Part shown: piece by piece, positions 39,429 to 50,517 of the stretch
Position numbering within the stretch: the stretch's first letter is position 1
How the letters are laid out: each line of letters opens with the position of its first letter
Assembly (NCBI GenBank): GCA_044433805.1
Contig: JAWXTD010000004.1
Span: 418 to 64,417 of the forward strand
Source of the DNA: Rikenellaceae bacterium
GTDB lineage: Bacteria; Bacteroidota; Bacteroidia; Bacteroidales; Rikenellaceae
DNA: 64,000 bases
Reading direction: 5' to 3'
The notes under the pieces: model-generated
What the model saw: only the letters and a program-made list of their open reading frames with translations
Told to the model about the DNA's origin: nothing
Database searches by the model: none
Translations under genes and position numbers: made by a program

Positions 39429-40625
39429 TTATTTTCGCATTGATCCATAATTTTTCATACGCATAAGAGCCTCCACGAAGTAGTAATCGGCATAGCTAAG
39501 TGGTACATCGATCTCGGAGTTTTTGTTCATAAAGCCAACTGAGTGCTTTAGAATAAAACCGCAGTTCTCGCCAACAGTTTTTTCCATATATTTATCAGAC
39601 ATCAAGCTGTTTAACTGCTTCTCGGCTAGTGCAAAAATCGCTTTACTCTCTGCTCCTTCAAGATATTGCGACATCTCGATCCAAGCCGAGCATATCACCG
39701 ATGCAGCTGAAACATCTCTCAAAGCATTAGGAATTCCTGGTGCATCAAAGTCCCAATACGGCACTAAATCATCTGGCATATTTGGGTGCTCAACGAGGAA
39801 TTTAGTGATCTTGCCTGCCCAATCCAAGTACTTCTGATCGCCTGTAAATCGATACATTAGAACATATCCATACAATCCCCACGCCTGGCCACGAGACCAT
39901 GCCGAATCATCGGCGTATCCTTGGTGGGTAACAGCCGAAAGAACATCTCCGCTCTTTGAGTCGTAGTCGATAACGTGGTAGCAGCTAGCATCATCGCGAT
40001 AGTGGCACTGCATTGTTTTATCAGCATGGCTCACCGCAATAGTCTCATAATAAGGAATATCGAACATCGACGAGGCGAGGAACATCAACTCTAGATTCAT
40101 CATATTGTCGATAATCACAGGATATTCCCACTTGGGATTATCCCACGAACGGATAGCACCAACACTTGGCGAAAAGCGAGTAGAGAGAGACTTGGCAGCA
40201 TTCTTTAATGCCGACTTGTATGTTTGGTTACCGGTTAATCGATATCCATTTCCGGCGCTACAATTCAACATAAAACCAACATCGTGGTGAGTTTTAGTAT
40301 ATTGTTGTGGCAAGACTCGCTCGGTCACATCGTCGGCCATTGCAATGAGCGACTCATCGCCCGAAGATTCATACAAATACCACAATGTACCGGGGAAAAA
40401 ACCACTGGTCCACCATGCAATATTACTAGTGAGCAGTTCGCCTTTTTCAATAGATTGAGGCATAGCCTTTTTATCTGCTTCGACTAAAGAGTATAGATAT
40501 TTTGAGTGTTCTAGAGATAGTTCCAAAGCATCATCAACTCTTTTCAAACTCTTTTTCGAAGGTTTTTGCCCCATGGCTGCTATCGTCACAGACAGCAAAA
40601 CTGCCACAAATAATAATCTTTTCAT
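39429..40625 (-). CDS. Glycoside hydrolase family 88, unsaturated glucuronyl hydrolase
   Basis: WTSGFFPG.LW, HDVGF, IIDNMMNL, HQGYADDSAWSRGQAW, WDFD, YADYYFVEAL; signal peptide. Confidence 0.93.
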   Translation of the reverse strand: MKRLLFVAVLLSVTIAAMGQKPSKKSLKRVDDALELSLEHSKYLYSLVEADKKAMPQSIEKGELLTSNIAWWTSGFFPGTLWYLYESSGDESLIAMADDVTERVLPQQYTKTHHDVGFMLNCSAGNGYRLTGNQTYKSALKNAAKSLSTRFSPSVGAIRSWDNPKWEYPVIIDNMMNLELMFLASSMFDIPYYETIAVSHADKTMQCHYRDDASCYHVIDYDSKSGDVLSAVTHQGYADDSAWSRGQAWGLYGYVLMYRFTGDQKYLDWAGKITKFLVEHPNMPDDLVPYWDFDAPGIPNALRDVSAASVICSAWIEMSQYLEGAESKAIFALAEKQLNSLMSDKYMEKTVGENCGFILKHSVGFMNKNSEIDVPLSYADYYFVEALMRMKNYGSMRK

Positions 40626-40653
40626 CTATAAATTTATTAAGTTTGTTAAAACA

Positions 40654-40691
40654 CTTGACTCAGGATACTCACTATAGAGTCCTGAGCCAAG
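40654..40691 (-). terminator. Hairpin after distal SusD (terminator or mRNA stabiliser)
   Basis: Minus strand CTTGGCTCAGGA...TCCTGAGTCAAG stem with one G-U pair, followed by TGTTTT. Confidence 0.6.
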
Positions 40692-40740
40692 ATGCATCTG
40701 GTTGGTTATATTTTATTTAGACATAGGTATCAAAACATAG

Positions 40741-42420
40741 CTACCACGATGGGTTTTGAGGTGCTAGATTGGGATTCACATATAGCTCCGAGTCGGGTAT
40801 TGGATACAAGTACATCTTATCCTTCCATATGCGAGTTTGCACAAGGCTCTTCTCATAAGAGTACGATCCATCTGACTCAAGGGTTATAGTCACTCCATAA
40901 ATATCTGTAACAACATCACCGATCATCCAACGGCGAATATCCCAAAAACGGTGATTCTCGAAGGCTAGCTCCACTCGACGCTCATTGCGCAGACGCTCAA
41001 CAAAATCATCGTTAGATGATGGAGTCATCGCTGGCATACCAGCTGCTGTGCGGACAACGTTAACGGCAGACAATGGAGAGGTTGTAAACTCTGAATCGGT
41101 ATAGCTATAATCTCCTTTGTACTCATATAGCGCCTCGGCATAGTTCAACAACACCTCAGCATATCTGAATAGTGGATAGTGGTGATTTTTCGATACGCTA
41201 TTGGTAGGATCGAGACTTACTGTTTCGTTCATCAACTTACGAAGATAGTAACCTGTTTTGGTATATCCATCGGTCGAAAGATTGTGCAAACCACCGGTAA
41301 AGGTCTCGACTGTTTGTGACATAAACTCGGAACCATTTGTCACAACGTTGATATACATACGTGGGTCACGTGTGTTATTGCCATCGGCATCGGTATACAT
41401 CGTAGCGATATGCTCGGGATTATTCCAATCGAAAGTTGTTCCATCCAAGAATTCGAAAGCGTCGACAAAGTTTTGAGATGGAGTGTTTCCACCCAAAGCG
41501 CCCTCCATACCATATGGCATATTGCGAGCCTCGAAACTATTAGAACTTCCACCACGACACTCAAAGATAAGTTGTGGAGAGGATAAAACCACATCTGCAC
41601 CCGACGAACTATACAAGAAATCGTTAGCTATTGCAGGCATATAATAGGTTCCCGACTGGATAATGGTGTTAGCAGCTCGAGCAGCATCACCCCAAATTTC
41701 ATTATCGTCGGATGTATTGAAGAGTGGACTTGCTTTGTATAGCAGCGCACGTGCTTTCAGAGCGCGAGCCATACCTAGCGTTACACGACCAGTTTGAGCT
41801 CCAACAAAGGTTGTATAGTTAGCAGGCAATAACTCGCCATACTCCTCCATAGTCTCGACAATATAATCGATAACATCTGCAAATGGAGTCTTTTCAACCT
41901 CGTTGATCTCCGATGCCTCATACACGCGAGTGATGAGTGGAATATCACCATAACGCTTTGCCAATTCAAAGTGGAAGTAGGCACGCAAGACATGTACTTC
42001 ATTGATCGACATCTCGATTTGAGCCAAATCATCAGCATAGTTTGAGTCCCACTCGAAACGCTCGATAAGCGCAGGATCGTATAGTTCAAGGAATGACGAG
42101 GCGCGACGGATATACTCGTAGTTATCCTCCCACTTCTCGTCGAGGGTATTTAGCGCAGACCAAACATCCTCATAGATGTTATAGATCTCGTTGCTCTGCC
42201 ATGCATACATAGAGTTGTCTGTAGCCGATTCGCGCATTGCACCATCCATAACCGAATAGTGAGACGAAATACCATCGTAAACACCCACAACCAAACTCTC
42301 TAAGTTGTCGAAATAACTATATGCATTCTCTTGGGTCATACCGGTAGCCTCGTCGTGATAGAGAAAATTACACGATGTTGAGACTGCTGCCAATAGTGTT
42401 ATAAGAATATATTTTTTCAT
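40741..42420 (-). CDS. SusD/RagB family glycan-binding lipoprotein
   Basis: Lipobox STSC, LRAYFHFELAKRYGDIP, RYAEVLLNYAEA, ERRVELAFENHRFWDIRRW, QNPSW. Confidence 0.95.
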   Translation of the reverse strand: MKKYILITLLAAVSTSCNFLYHDEATGMTQENAYSYFDNLESLVVGVYDGISSHYSVMDGAMRESATDNSMYAWQSNEIYNIYEDVWSALNTLDEKWEDNYEYIRRASSFLELYDPALIERFEWDSNYADDLAQIEMSINEVHVLRAYFHFELAKRYGDIPLITRVYEASEINEVEKTPFADVIDYIVETMEEYGELLPANYTTFVGAQTGRVTLGMARALKARALLYKASPLFNTSDDNEIWGDAARAANTIIQSGTYYMPAIANDFLYSSSGADVVLSSPQLIFECRGGSSNSFEARNMPYGMEGALGGNTPSQNFVDAFEFLDGTTFDWNNPEHIATMYTDADGNNTRDPRMYINVVTNGSEFMSQTVETFTGGLHNLSTDGYTKTGYYLRKLMNETVSLDPTNSVSKNHHYPLFRYAEVLLNYAEALYEYKGDYSYTDSEFTTSPLSAVNVVRTAAGMPAMTPSSNDDFVERLRNERRVELAFENHRFWDIRRWMIGDVVTDIYGVTITLESDGSYSYEKSLVQTRIWKDKMYLYPIPDSELYVNPNLAPQNPSW

Positions 42421-42432
42421 AGCTTCTCTGAA

Positions 42433-45400
42433 TTAAAATTTAAAGTTTACACCTAAGTAGAAGGTTGTGAAGTCTGGATAACTTACTGTAAGGTCCTCGA
42501 CGTTAAGATAAGGAATCTCGTCGATAGAGAATAGATTAGTTGCACGAAGATACACCTGCAATTGACTCATATTCAACGATTTCACCCAAGCTTGTGGCAA
42601 GTTGTAGTAGACATTAAGATTACGCAATTTGAAGTACGATGCATCGCGCAACCAAAGAGTACTCACCTGATTGTTATTCGAGTTATCGAGCGTCGATAAT
42701 CGAGGCAGAGTTGCAGTATCTTTAGTATCCTCGGTCCAACGGATATTATCCTCCATATACCAAGTACTCAAGTTTGCCTCGTTATTGCGCATTGGGCGAT
42801 ATACACTCTCGGTGTCAAGAATTGTGCTTATGCCACTAACACCTTGGAATTGAGCATTCAAACCAAAACCTTTGTACTCAAAGCTAAGGTTGAAGCCGTA
42901 GTATAGTGATGGAATAGTGTCGGAATCACCAATAGCAATAAAGTCATTCTCGTCGATCATATTATCACCGTTCTGATCCCTATATTTAATATCTCCAGGC
43001 AATACAGTCGAAAACTTCTGCTCGGGGCTATTTTCAATATCAGTAGTATCATTGAAGAATCCAATTGCCTCGAGACCAAATATTTGACCATAAGGGTTAC
43101 CAGCTGTTTTCATCTCATCGTAAGGCACATAACCTTGACCATCCTCGACAACTTCGCTATCTAAGAAGTTTAGGTTTCCACCAATCGAATAGTTAAAATC
43201 GCGACCAATTTTGCCTCTCCATTGCGCCGAAAGTTCAATACCCTTTGTGTTGATAGCTCCCACATTCTCACGTGGCACATCAGTACCAAGAACAGTTGAA
43301 TACAACGAGCTCACGTCGATCAAGATTTGGTCGCGCTTATCGTAGAATGCATCAGCCGTAATAAATAGGTTGTCGAATAGTTGCACATCGACTCCGATAT
43401 TGCTCTTATACGAACGCTCCAAAGTTAGAATCTCTGCTGGGATATCACCCTCAACAAGGCCCGAATAAGATTGATTACCACTACCAAAATAGTAAGAACC
43501 ATCAGACTCCCAGAATTGAACATCCCAATCATGGCCAAATGGGTCACTTCCAACAACACCATACGAACCACGCACCTTCAAATAATCGATCTTATCTGAA
43601 TCGAATCCACTAAGGTTCGAAGCGACCAAGGCTACCGACGCTGCAGGATAGAATCTGAATTGCTCACCCTCGGGAAGGACACTTGTTCCGCTGTAGTTCA
43701 TTGTAAGGTCGCCCATAATCAAATCCTTATAGTTGTAGGCACCATAATACATGATTGATTGACGGTGACGACTATTATTACGACCTGCAGGAACATAAGC
43801 ATCTTGACGATATTGAACCAGCGATTGAACCGAGTGATCGCCAAAAGTACGTTGGTAGTTGATGCTAGCATCGCTCACAGTTCGCATATATTGGTCGTAC
43901 AGACCGCTATTGCTATAAGATAGTGCAGTGTCCTCACTATAGCTATCGTAAGAGGTTGCATACTCTCCTGTTGTTGAATCTAATACCAATGAAGCCACCG
44001 AATATGAATAGGTCTTGCTTGCATACTCTTGGTATGTTGCGCTACTATCGTACGAAACACCAATTACAGCCGAAAGGCCAGGAGTGATAGCTGAAAGATC
44101 TTGATCGATTCTAAAATCACTCTGCAAAAGACGCGAATTACGTTTGAAGTATCCATTCTCGTACAACTCAGCGATTGGGTTGATGCCGATAGTGTTGCTC
44201 GATGCCCAGTTGCCATTTGAATCCTTTACGGGGAATGCCGACGAAGGTGTGTGGTGAAGGTATCCAATGATATCGTCGATACCGTAATCGTCGTAACTAT
44301 CCTCGGAGTTTGGCATATTCTTCTCATTCAAATATCCCATCATTGAGAAGTTAAATTTAGTAGTTTTGGTTATATCTACATCGAGATTTACACGTGCACT
44401 AAGGTAGTACTTACGCATTTGAGTTGAGTAATATTCGGTATTATTTACAGCATTATCGTCCAACACTCCAAAATCGTTTTTGTAGTTGATAAGCGTATAA
44501 TATCGAAGCTTATCTCCACCACCTCTAAAGGCGATATCCAACTGATTGCTAAGAGCATAATCACGCATACCCTCTTCTAGCCAATTGGTATTGGCATAAA
44601 GGTCGGTGTTTGATCCATCTTTAAATGCTGCAAGTTGATCGCTGTTGTACATTGGCGAGAGACCATCGTAAGAAAGAGCCTCATTTTGAGCCACGGCAAA
44701 GGTGTATCCATCGACATACTCGGGTTGGTTGATTACCATTGAGTAGCCAGCTGTATAGTTGATCTCAACCTCGCTGCCATTATAAATACCTCGTTTTGTA
44801 GTAACCACAATCACACCGTTAGCACCCTCAACACCCCAGATAGCAGTTGCTGCAGCATCCTTAAGTACTGAAACGCTCTCTATCTCGGCCATATTCAACA
44901 TGCTCAACGATCGCTTCACACCGTCGACAACAACCAAAGGTGTGTTTGTGTCGAGCGAACCACCGCCACGAACATAAAGAGTTGGCGATCCATCCCAATC
45001 TACATTTTGAACCGTTAGGAGTCCAGGCATAACACCCGCAAGCGCATCTGCAACATTCATCGCTGAATTTTGACGCAACACATCACCACTCACCGTCGAG
45101 ATTGCCGAACTTGTCGAACGCGACGAAGAGATAGCTCCGCGATTACTCAATGGTTTATCCTTATTTGAGAACTTCAAATCTAACTGCTCATCCTTAATCA
45201 CTACATCGCGAATAAAGGCATCGGCATAATTGAAGGTCAATTTGTCGCCTTTCTCTGCCAAAATGATATACTCTCCTGAGGCATCAGTCAAGACTGCACC
45301 AGTTCCGTCGTAGCGCTGCACAACAACACCCTCTAGCGGCACACCATCTGCATCTTTAACAACACCTTTGATTGCCACTTGGCCGAAAGATGTAGTTAGC

Positions 45401-45438
45401 ATTACACTTAATGCAAGAGATAATATTAACTTTTTCAT
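42433..45438 (-). CDS. SusC/RagA TonB-dependent transporter
   Basis: PLVVVDGV, SVLKDAAATAIWGVEGANGVIVVTTKRG, DASYFKLRN, C-terminal NFKF. Confidence 0.95.
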   Translation of the reverse strand: MKKLILSLALSVMLTTSFGQVAIKGVVKDADGVPLEGVVVQRYDGTGAVLTDASGEYIILAEKGDKLTFNYADAFIRDVVIKDEQLDLKFSNKDKPLSNRGAISSSRSTSSAISTVSGDVLRQNSAMNVADALAGVMPGLLTVQNVDWDGSPTLYVRGGGSLDTNTPLVVVDGVKRSLSMLNMAEIESVSVLKDAAATAIWGVEGANGVIVVTTKRGIYNGSEVEINYTAGYSMVINQPEYVDGYTFAVAQNEALSYDGLSPMYNSDQLAAFKDGSNTDLYANTNWLEEGMRDYALSNQLDIAFRGGGDKLRYYTLINYKNDFGVLDDNAVNNTEYYSTQMRKYYLSARVNLDVDITKTTKFNFSMMGYLNEKNMPNSEDSYDDYGIDDIIGYLHHTPSSAFPVKDSNGNWASSNTIGINPIAELYENGYFKRNSRLLQSDFRIDQDLSAITPGLSAVIGVSYDSSATYQEYASKTYSYSVASLVLDSTTGEYATSYDSYSEDTALSYSNSGLYDQYMRTVSDASINYQRTFGDHSVQSLVQYRQDAYVPAGRNNSRHRQSIMYYGAYNYKDLIMGDLTMNYSGTSVLPEGEQFRFYPAASVALVASNLSGFDSDKIDYLKVRGSYGVVGSDPFGHDWDVQFWESDGSYYFGSGNQSYSGLVEGDIPAEILTLERSYKSNIGVDVQLFDNLFITADAFYDKRDQILIDVSSLYSTVLGTDVPRENVGAINTKGIELSAQWRGKIGRDFNYSIGGNLNFLDSEVVEDGQGYVPYDEMKTAGNPYGQIFGLEAIGFFNDTTDIENSPEQKFSTVLPGDIKYRDQNGDNMIDENDFIAIGDSDTIPSLYYGFNLSFEYKGFGLNAQFQGVSGISTILDTESVYRPMRNNEANLSTWYMEDNIRWTEDTKDTATLPRLSTLDNSNNNQVSTLWLRDASYFKLRNLNVYYNLPQAWVKSLNMSQLQVYLRATNLFSIDEIPYLNVEDLTVSYPDFTTFYLGVNFKF

Positions 45439-45474
45439 ATTATTTTCTCTAAATTCAATTTATACTTTAATTAT

Positions 45475-47325
45475 CTACCAGCCCGGATTTTGCACCAAAC
45501 CGTAATCTTTATTAATCTCTCCCAATGGAATTGGCGATAGATAATATTTAAATGTCTCGGCAGTAGAGGTTGTAACCCATTGACGCTCAAAATAGATTGG
45601 GCCATAAATAATTGTATGAGTAAACGGATGTTCCGCACCATCATCGTTTTTCTCGGTGAACAGGTATCTCACCTCTTCCTCTAACCATTCGCGCTTCTTA
45701 AGGCGGTTGATGTCGTAGTAGCGAATCTCCTCGTATCCGAACTCCAATGCACGCTCACGATAGATAGCCTCGCGAAGCTCTTCGGTAGACATCGATCTAT
45801 CTAAGCCCGGCATATCAACACGATTGCGCACTAAATCGACATAGTCATATGCATCGCGACCAAACTCATCCTTTGTATCCTTAAGGCCCATTTCGACCAT
45901 CGCCTCGGCAATATTAAGATATACCTCTGGCAAGCGCATAAGTGGATTTGAGTATGGCAAACCATGAACATAGTAGTAGCCATCGTGGATCAACTTTTTG
46001 ATTGCAATTCCCGAGCGAGCTCTATTTCTCCAATATGTATCGTATGAAATTTGAGTAGCTCCGGTTAGGTGATTCTCTGGAGGCCCCTCGCGACCATCCA
46101 TATAGATCTCTGCTTTACGGCCATAGTAATCGTGCCAATCCTCATTAACCCATACAGTTTCGTACAAGCGTGGGTCGCGACGAGCGTTACCATCCTTGTC
46201 AAAGAATGGATAGTTTTTATGATCCTCATTCTCCCAATCGAACTCCGTACCGTCGGTCATTTGGAACATATCTACATAGCGCAATACAGGGGCATTGTTA
46301 CACCATTTGTATTGGTCATAGACCTTGCTATATTTGTTGTGTGTAGCCCAACGGTGGCTCGATAGAAGCAACTCACCATTATGACGAGTGAAGAATGCGT
46401 TGTTAAAATCGTCGTGAGGGTTACCCGTGTCAACCAATTTATATTGAACCGATTCTGTCTCATTACGACGAAGGAACTCTAGACCTGCATCGATAACTGG
46501 CTGCCAACGATTTTGATCATAATCACCCCACCATACATAGTGCTTATCGGCAGCCTCACCCTCCATAAATGGAGCATCAGCATTGAAAAGTGGGCTTGCA
46601 GCATACAACAACAGGCGAGTTTTGAGAGCCATTGCGCCTGCAGCATGCATACGGCCAGCATCCGAAGAGCTTACGCTCCATGGCAACAACTCGATAGCCT
46701 CGTCGATAAGACCGATAATATTTTCGACTGCCTCTTCGATTGTCATACGAGTCATATCCATATCGTCGTCGGGCATGTAATATTTGTCGATCCATGGCAT
46801 ACCGCCCAAGTTGCGGAACACATCAACGTAGTGAATCGCCATGATGAGCTTCACCTCACCTTTGCGAAGATCCTTCTGCTCTTGGGTCATATCGGTAACA
46901 TTGTCGATATTCTCAAGGTAGATATGTCCATAGCGGAAAGCTGCTGTTGCAGAGCCACTACCGGTACTATTGACACTACTTGCATCCTCGTAGTTCCAAT
47001 CCATCATATAGGCCATACTACGATACTCGCTCGAGGAGATATAACCCAAGTGATATGGAGCTGTAGTAAGGTTACGTCCTTGATCACAAAGGTCGGTGAT
47101 AGTCTCCAAACAGTTCCAGTTCAAACGACCATCGCGGATAAGGTAATCGGGAAGAGTGTAATATATTTGATTTAACACCTGCTCCGATAGTAGCTCGGTA
47201 GAGAAGACCTCATCTTGGTCGGCATTACCACCGATAGGTGTCTCCAAGAAGTTGTTTCCGAATGTAAAATCTTCGCAGCTCGACAGCATTACTCCTGCTG
47301 CCAAAAATAGTAATATTTTTTTCAT
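45475..47325 (-). CDS. SusD/RagB family glycan-binding lipoprotein
   Basis: Lipobox LSSC, LYAASPLFN, RLPEVYLNIAEA, ERALEFGYEEIRYYDINR, VQNPGW. Confidence 0.95.
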   Translation of the reverse strand: MKKILLFLAAGVMLSSCEDFTFGNNFLETPIGGNADQDEVFSTELLSEQVLNQIYYTLPDYLIRDGRLNWNCLETITDLCDQGRNLTTAPYHLGYISSSEYRSMAYMMDWNYEDASSVNSTGSGSATAAFRYGHIYLENIDNVTDMTQEQKDLRKGEVKLIMAIHYVDVFRNLGGMPWIDKYYMPDDDMDMTRMTIEEAVENIIGLIDEAIELLPWSVSSSDAGRMHAAGAMALKTRLLLYAASPLFNADAPFMEGEAADKHYVWWGDYDQNRWQPVIDAGLEFLRRNETESVQYKLVDTGNPHDDFNNAFFTRHNGELLLSSHRWATHNKYSKVYDQYKWCNNAPVLRYVDMFQMTDGTEFDWENEDHKNYPFFDKDGNARRDPRLYETVWVNEDWHDYYGRKAEIYMDGREGPPENHLTGATQISYDTYWRNRARSGIAIKKLIHDGYYYVHGLPYSNPLMRLPEVYLNIAEAMVEMGLKDTKDEFGRDAYDYVDLVRNRVDMPGLDRSMSTEELREAIYRERALEFGYEEIRYYDINRLKKREWLEEEVRYLFTEKNDDGAEHPFTHTIIYGPIYFERQWVTTSTAETFKYYLSPIPLGEINKDYGLVQNPGW

Positions 47326-47332
47326 CGCTTTA

Positions 47333-50300
47333 TTATATTGTGATGTTAATACCGAAGTTGAATGTCTTAACGATTGGATAGGTATCGCCAGAGTTGCTTG
47401 GATTAGACTCTGGGTCCATCATATCGAAGTAAGAGAATGTAAGAAGGTTATAACCCGAGAATGTAAGGCCAAGGTTCTCGATACCGAATTTCTTAAGGGT
47501 GTCACTTTGGCGGAATGTATATCCTATAGACATATTCTTTAGACGGATATATGAACCATCCTCGATCCAAAGTGTTGAATCCAAGTAGTTATTTGTACAA
47601 CTAACTTTCGAAATACGTGGTTGTGTTGCTGTATCGGCAGTCTCGGGAGTCCAACGATTATCAACGTGATACATCATCAACGAACGGTTCTCGCTATTAA
47701 ATGGTTCTCTAAACTCATCTGAAAGCAATAGTGAACGGTTTGTAGCTCCACTCCAGTTCATCGAGAATGACCAATTTTTATAGTTCAAACCAATGTTCAA
47801 ACCTAGCGTATATTCAGGGATCGTAGAGTAACCAATCTTCATTTGATCATCTTCGTTAATTTGTCCATCGTTATTCAAATCCTTGTAGATAACATCTCCG
47901 GCGTATACTGTCGATACATATGGATCTGCAAAGGTATCTTTCAACGATCCGTCGCTCTCGAAGTCCGACTCAGAGTAGAAACCATCGGCTACAAATCCGA
48001 AGATACTTCCTACGGGATTTCCAGTTCTCCACATATATGTTTCGTTTGGCTCAACCTCGTCTTGGAATACGATTGTATTGTGAGCATACGACACATTTGC
48101 CTCAACCGAATATCTCCAATCCTTATTGATCTGATCGGCCCAACCCAACGACACCTCGAAACCGGTATTGTCGACCTGTCCCATATTAACGATAGGCAAA
48201 ATATCAGTGGTAAGACCCGTGAGCGAAGGAATAGTGCTACGTTGGATAAGGATATCCACACGCTCCTCTTTGAAGTAATCGGCAACAACCTTTAGGCGTC
48301 CATCCAAGAAATTCATATCGATTCCGTAGTTCTGCTTCAATACTGTCTCCCAAGTTAGATCTGGGTTACCGATAATATTCTCCATTGCTCCATATGACCA
48401 TGAGCTATTATCTACACCGAAGTTGTATCCATAATCGTATTGATACCACGTAGAGTCCTTACTTGCCGAATCAATGATGTATGAGTTAGGAAGATACAAG
48501 AAACGATATGAGCTAACGTTATCCTTACCTACCAAACCTACCGAAGCTCTCAATTTTAGGTAGCTAATAACATTTTGGTTCTTCATAAATGGCTCCTCAG
48601 AGAGTGTATAACCCAAAGAGACCGCAGGGAAAGTACCGAAACGTTGGTCGGCTGCAAAGTTTTCAGAACCATTGTAACCAATATTGAACTCAGCCATATA
48701 TTTGTTATCGTAGTCATATGTCACACGACCAACCAAACCTACGTATGCCGAAGGAATATATACATAATCACCACTTGGGTAGTACTCCTTGCTTTGGTTG
48801 TACAACACAAGTCCACCTACACTATGCTTTCCAAAATCACGATTATAGCGGATACTTGCCTCAGCATACCAGTCGCGCGAACGAGAAGTGCTTGTGCTAT
48901 AACCCAAACGCTCATTTTCGCCAGTGATAAGGTAAACTAGAGTCTTATCGTAATCATCGTCGTCGTAGCTTAGGCCCGAACCATCGAGCTCCGAGGTGTA
49001 GTATGGGTAGTATGTCTCGACATTACCACTACGGTAAATTGTATATGTGTAAGATGAGTTATATGCCGCTTTCACCTCAGCCGAAAGACCTTTGGTAATA
49101 CACTCAAGATCTTGCGTTAACGACACATCCATATTTAGTTTGTTGCTTGTCATATTCTTATATCCATCGCCATAGTAGTATGCCATAGGGTTTCTAAGGG
49201 TGATATCTGGGAACATCGTTGCAGGGGTCTGCATCAATACTCCATCGACAAGTCCGGGACTTGCAAATGGTTGTGCCCAGTTGATCGCTTTCCATAGACC
49301 ATCAGTGGTACTACTCGAATAGTATGGCTCGTGAGTATCGCCAACGACTCCACCAATACCAATCTTCATAAGAAGAGACGAGGTAACGTCGATATCCAAA
49401 TTCGAACGATAGTTATAACGATTGTAATCGTAACCTAAATCAGGGTCGCCAAAATCCTTAAACAGACCATCTTGGAAGAGGTAACCTAGCGACACGAAAT
49501 ATGCCACCTTGTCGGATCCTCCCGAAATATTAACATTCTGTTGAGTGGTAATTGCCACATCGTTGGTCATATAATCGCGCCAATCGATATCTGGATACTT
49601 AATTGGCTCATCGCCCAACAAGAATCGCTCGAGCATATAATCGCTAAACACTTGCGTTGTTCCATCGTTGGCATTCATCTCGTTGTGGATTGTTCCAAAG
49701 GTGTAACTATCGGCCATCTCAAGATTGTAAGTTGTCTTTTGCAGACCCACAGATGAGCTAATCGAGATACGAGGCTCGCCCTTCTTTCCACGAAGTGTAG
49801 TTACCAAGATCACACCATTTGCACCACGCACACCAAATACTGCTGTTGCCGATGCATCCTTTAGGACTGTAACCGACTCGATCTCATTTGGGTCCATTTG
49901 GAAGAAGCTACGCTCAACACCATCCACCAAGATAAGTGGAGTAGAGTCGCTACTGCTTAGCGAACCACCACCACGGATATAGATATCTGGATCCTCCATA
50001 CCGGGCTGACCCGACGATTGTACGGTCGACACTCCGGTCAACTTACCCGCTAGCGAGTTACCAATACTGGCATTAGGTGACTTGAGAAGGTCTGTTGTGC
50101 TTATCGATGTGATAGCACCAGTAAGAGTCTCCTTCTTTTGAACGCCATAGGCAACAACAACAACCTCTTCGAGGTCAGTATTTTCATCTTGCAATTCGAC
50201 AAGATAGAAGGTTTGCGATGTGATTGGAGTTTGGCTAGTTTGGTATCCTACATACGAAACTCCCAGCACCCCACCAATCGGAGCAGATAGCTTAAAGAAA

Positions 50301-50491
50301 CCCTCAGCGTTTGTGATTCCTCCAATGTTTGTCCCCTCGACATAAACAGTGGCTCCCAAAATTGGGTTACCATCAGAATCCTTAACTGTACCGGAAATCT
50401 GATTCTGTTTCTGCGCGAAAAGAGTCGACCCGACCAACAATAGCACCATTGTCAGCAGAGTGGTAATCCTACGTTTGTTCTCTCTCTTCAT
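47333..50491 (-). CDS. SusC/RagA TonB-dependent transporter
   Basis: EEVVVVAYGVQKK, VLKDASATAVFGVRGANGVILVTT, NPDLTWE, DGSYIRLKN. Confidence 0.96.
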   Translation of the reverse strand: MKRENKRRITTLLTMVLLLVGSTLFAQKQNQISGTVKDSDGNPILGATVYVEGTNIGGITNAEGFFKLSAPIGGVLGVSYVGYQTSQTPITSQTFYLVELQDENTDLEEVVVVAYGVQKKETLTGAITSISTTDLLKSPNASIGNSLAGKLTGVSTVQSSGQPGMEDPDIYIRGGGSLSSSDSTPLILVDGVERSFFQMDPNEIESVTVLKDASATAVFGVRGANGVILVTTLRGKKGEPRISISSSVGLQKTTYNLEMADSYTFGTIHNEMNANDGTTQVFSDYMLERFLLGDEPIKYPDIDWRDYMTNDVAITTQQNVNISGGSDKVAYFVSLGYLFQDGLFKDFGDPDLGYDYNRYNYRSNLDIDVTSSLLMKIGIGGVVGDTHEPYYSSSTTDGLWKAINWAQPFASPGLVDGVLMQTPATMFPDITLRNPMAYYYGDGYKNMTSNKLNMDVSLTQDLECITKGLSAEVKAAYNSSYTYTIYRSGNVETYYPYYTSELDGSGLSYDDDDYDKTLVYLITGENERLGYSTSTSRSRDWYAEASIRYNRDFGKHSVGGLVLYNQSKEYYPSGDYVYIPSAYVGLVGRVTYDYDNKYMAEFNIGYNGSENFAADQRFGTFPAVSLGYTLSEEPFMKNQNVISYLKLRASVGLVGKDNVSSYRFLYLPNSYIIDSASKDSTWYQYDYGYNFGVDNSSWSYGAMENIIGNPDLTWETVLKQNYGIDMNFLDGRLKVVADYFKEERVDILIQRSTIPSLTGLTTDILPIVNMGQVDNTGFEVSLGWADQINKDWRYSVEANVSYAHNTIVFQDEVEPNETYMWRTGNPVGSIFGFVADGFYSESDFESDGSLKDTFADPYVSTVYAGDVIYKDLNNDGQINEDDQMKIGYSTIPEYTLGLNIGLNYKNWSFSMNWSGATNRSLLLSDEFREPFNSENRSLMMYHVDNRWTPETADTATQPRISKVSCTNNYLDSTLWIEDGSYIRLKNMSIGYTFRQSDTLKKFGIENLGLTFSGYNLLTFSYFDMMDPESNPSNSGDTYPIVKTFNFGINITI

Positions 50492-50517
50492 TGTGATTTA
50501 ATTATTAATAGTTGATT

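Noticed and set aside
46513-47175. Long antisense ORF (220 aa) and the many other shadow ORFs in the track
   Set aside because: They lie opposite or within well-supported genes and have no recognisable motifs; explained by codon bias.
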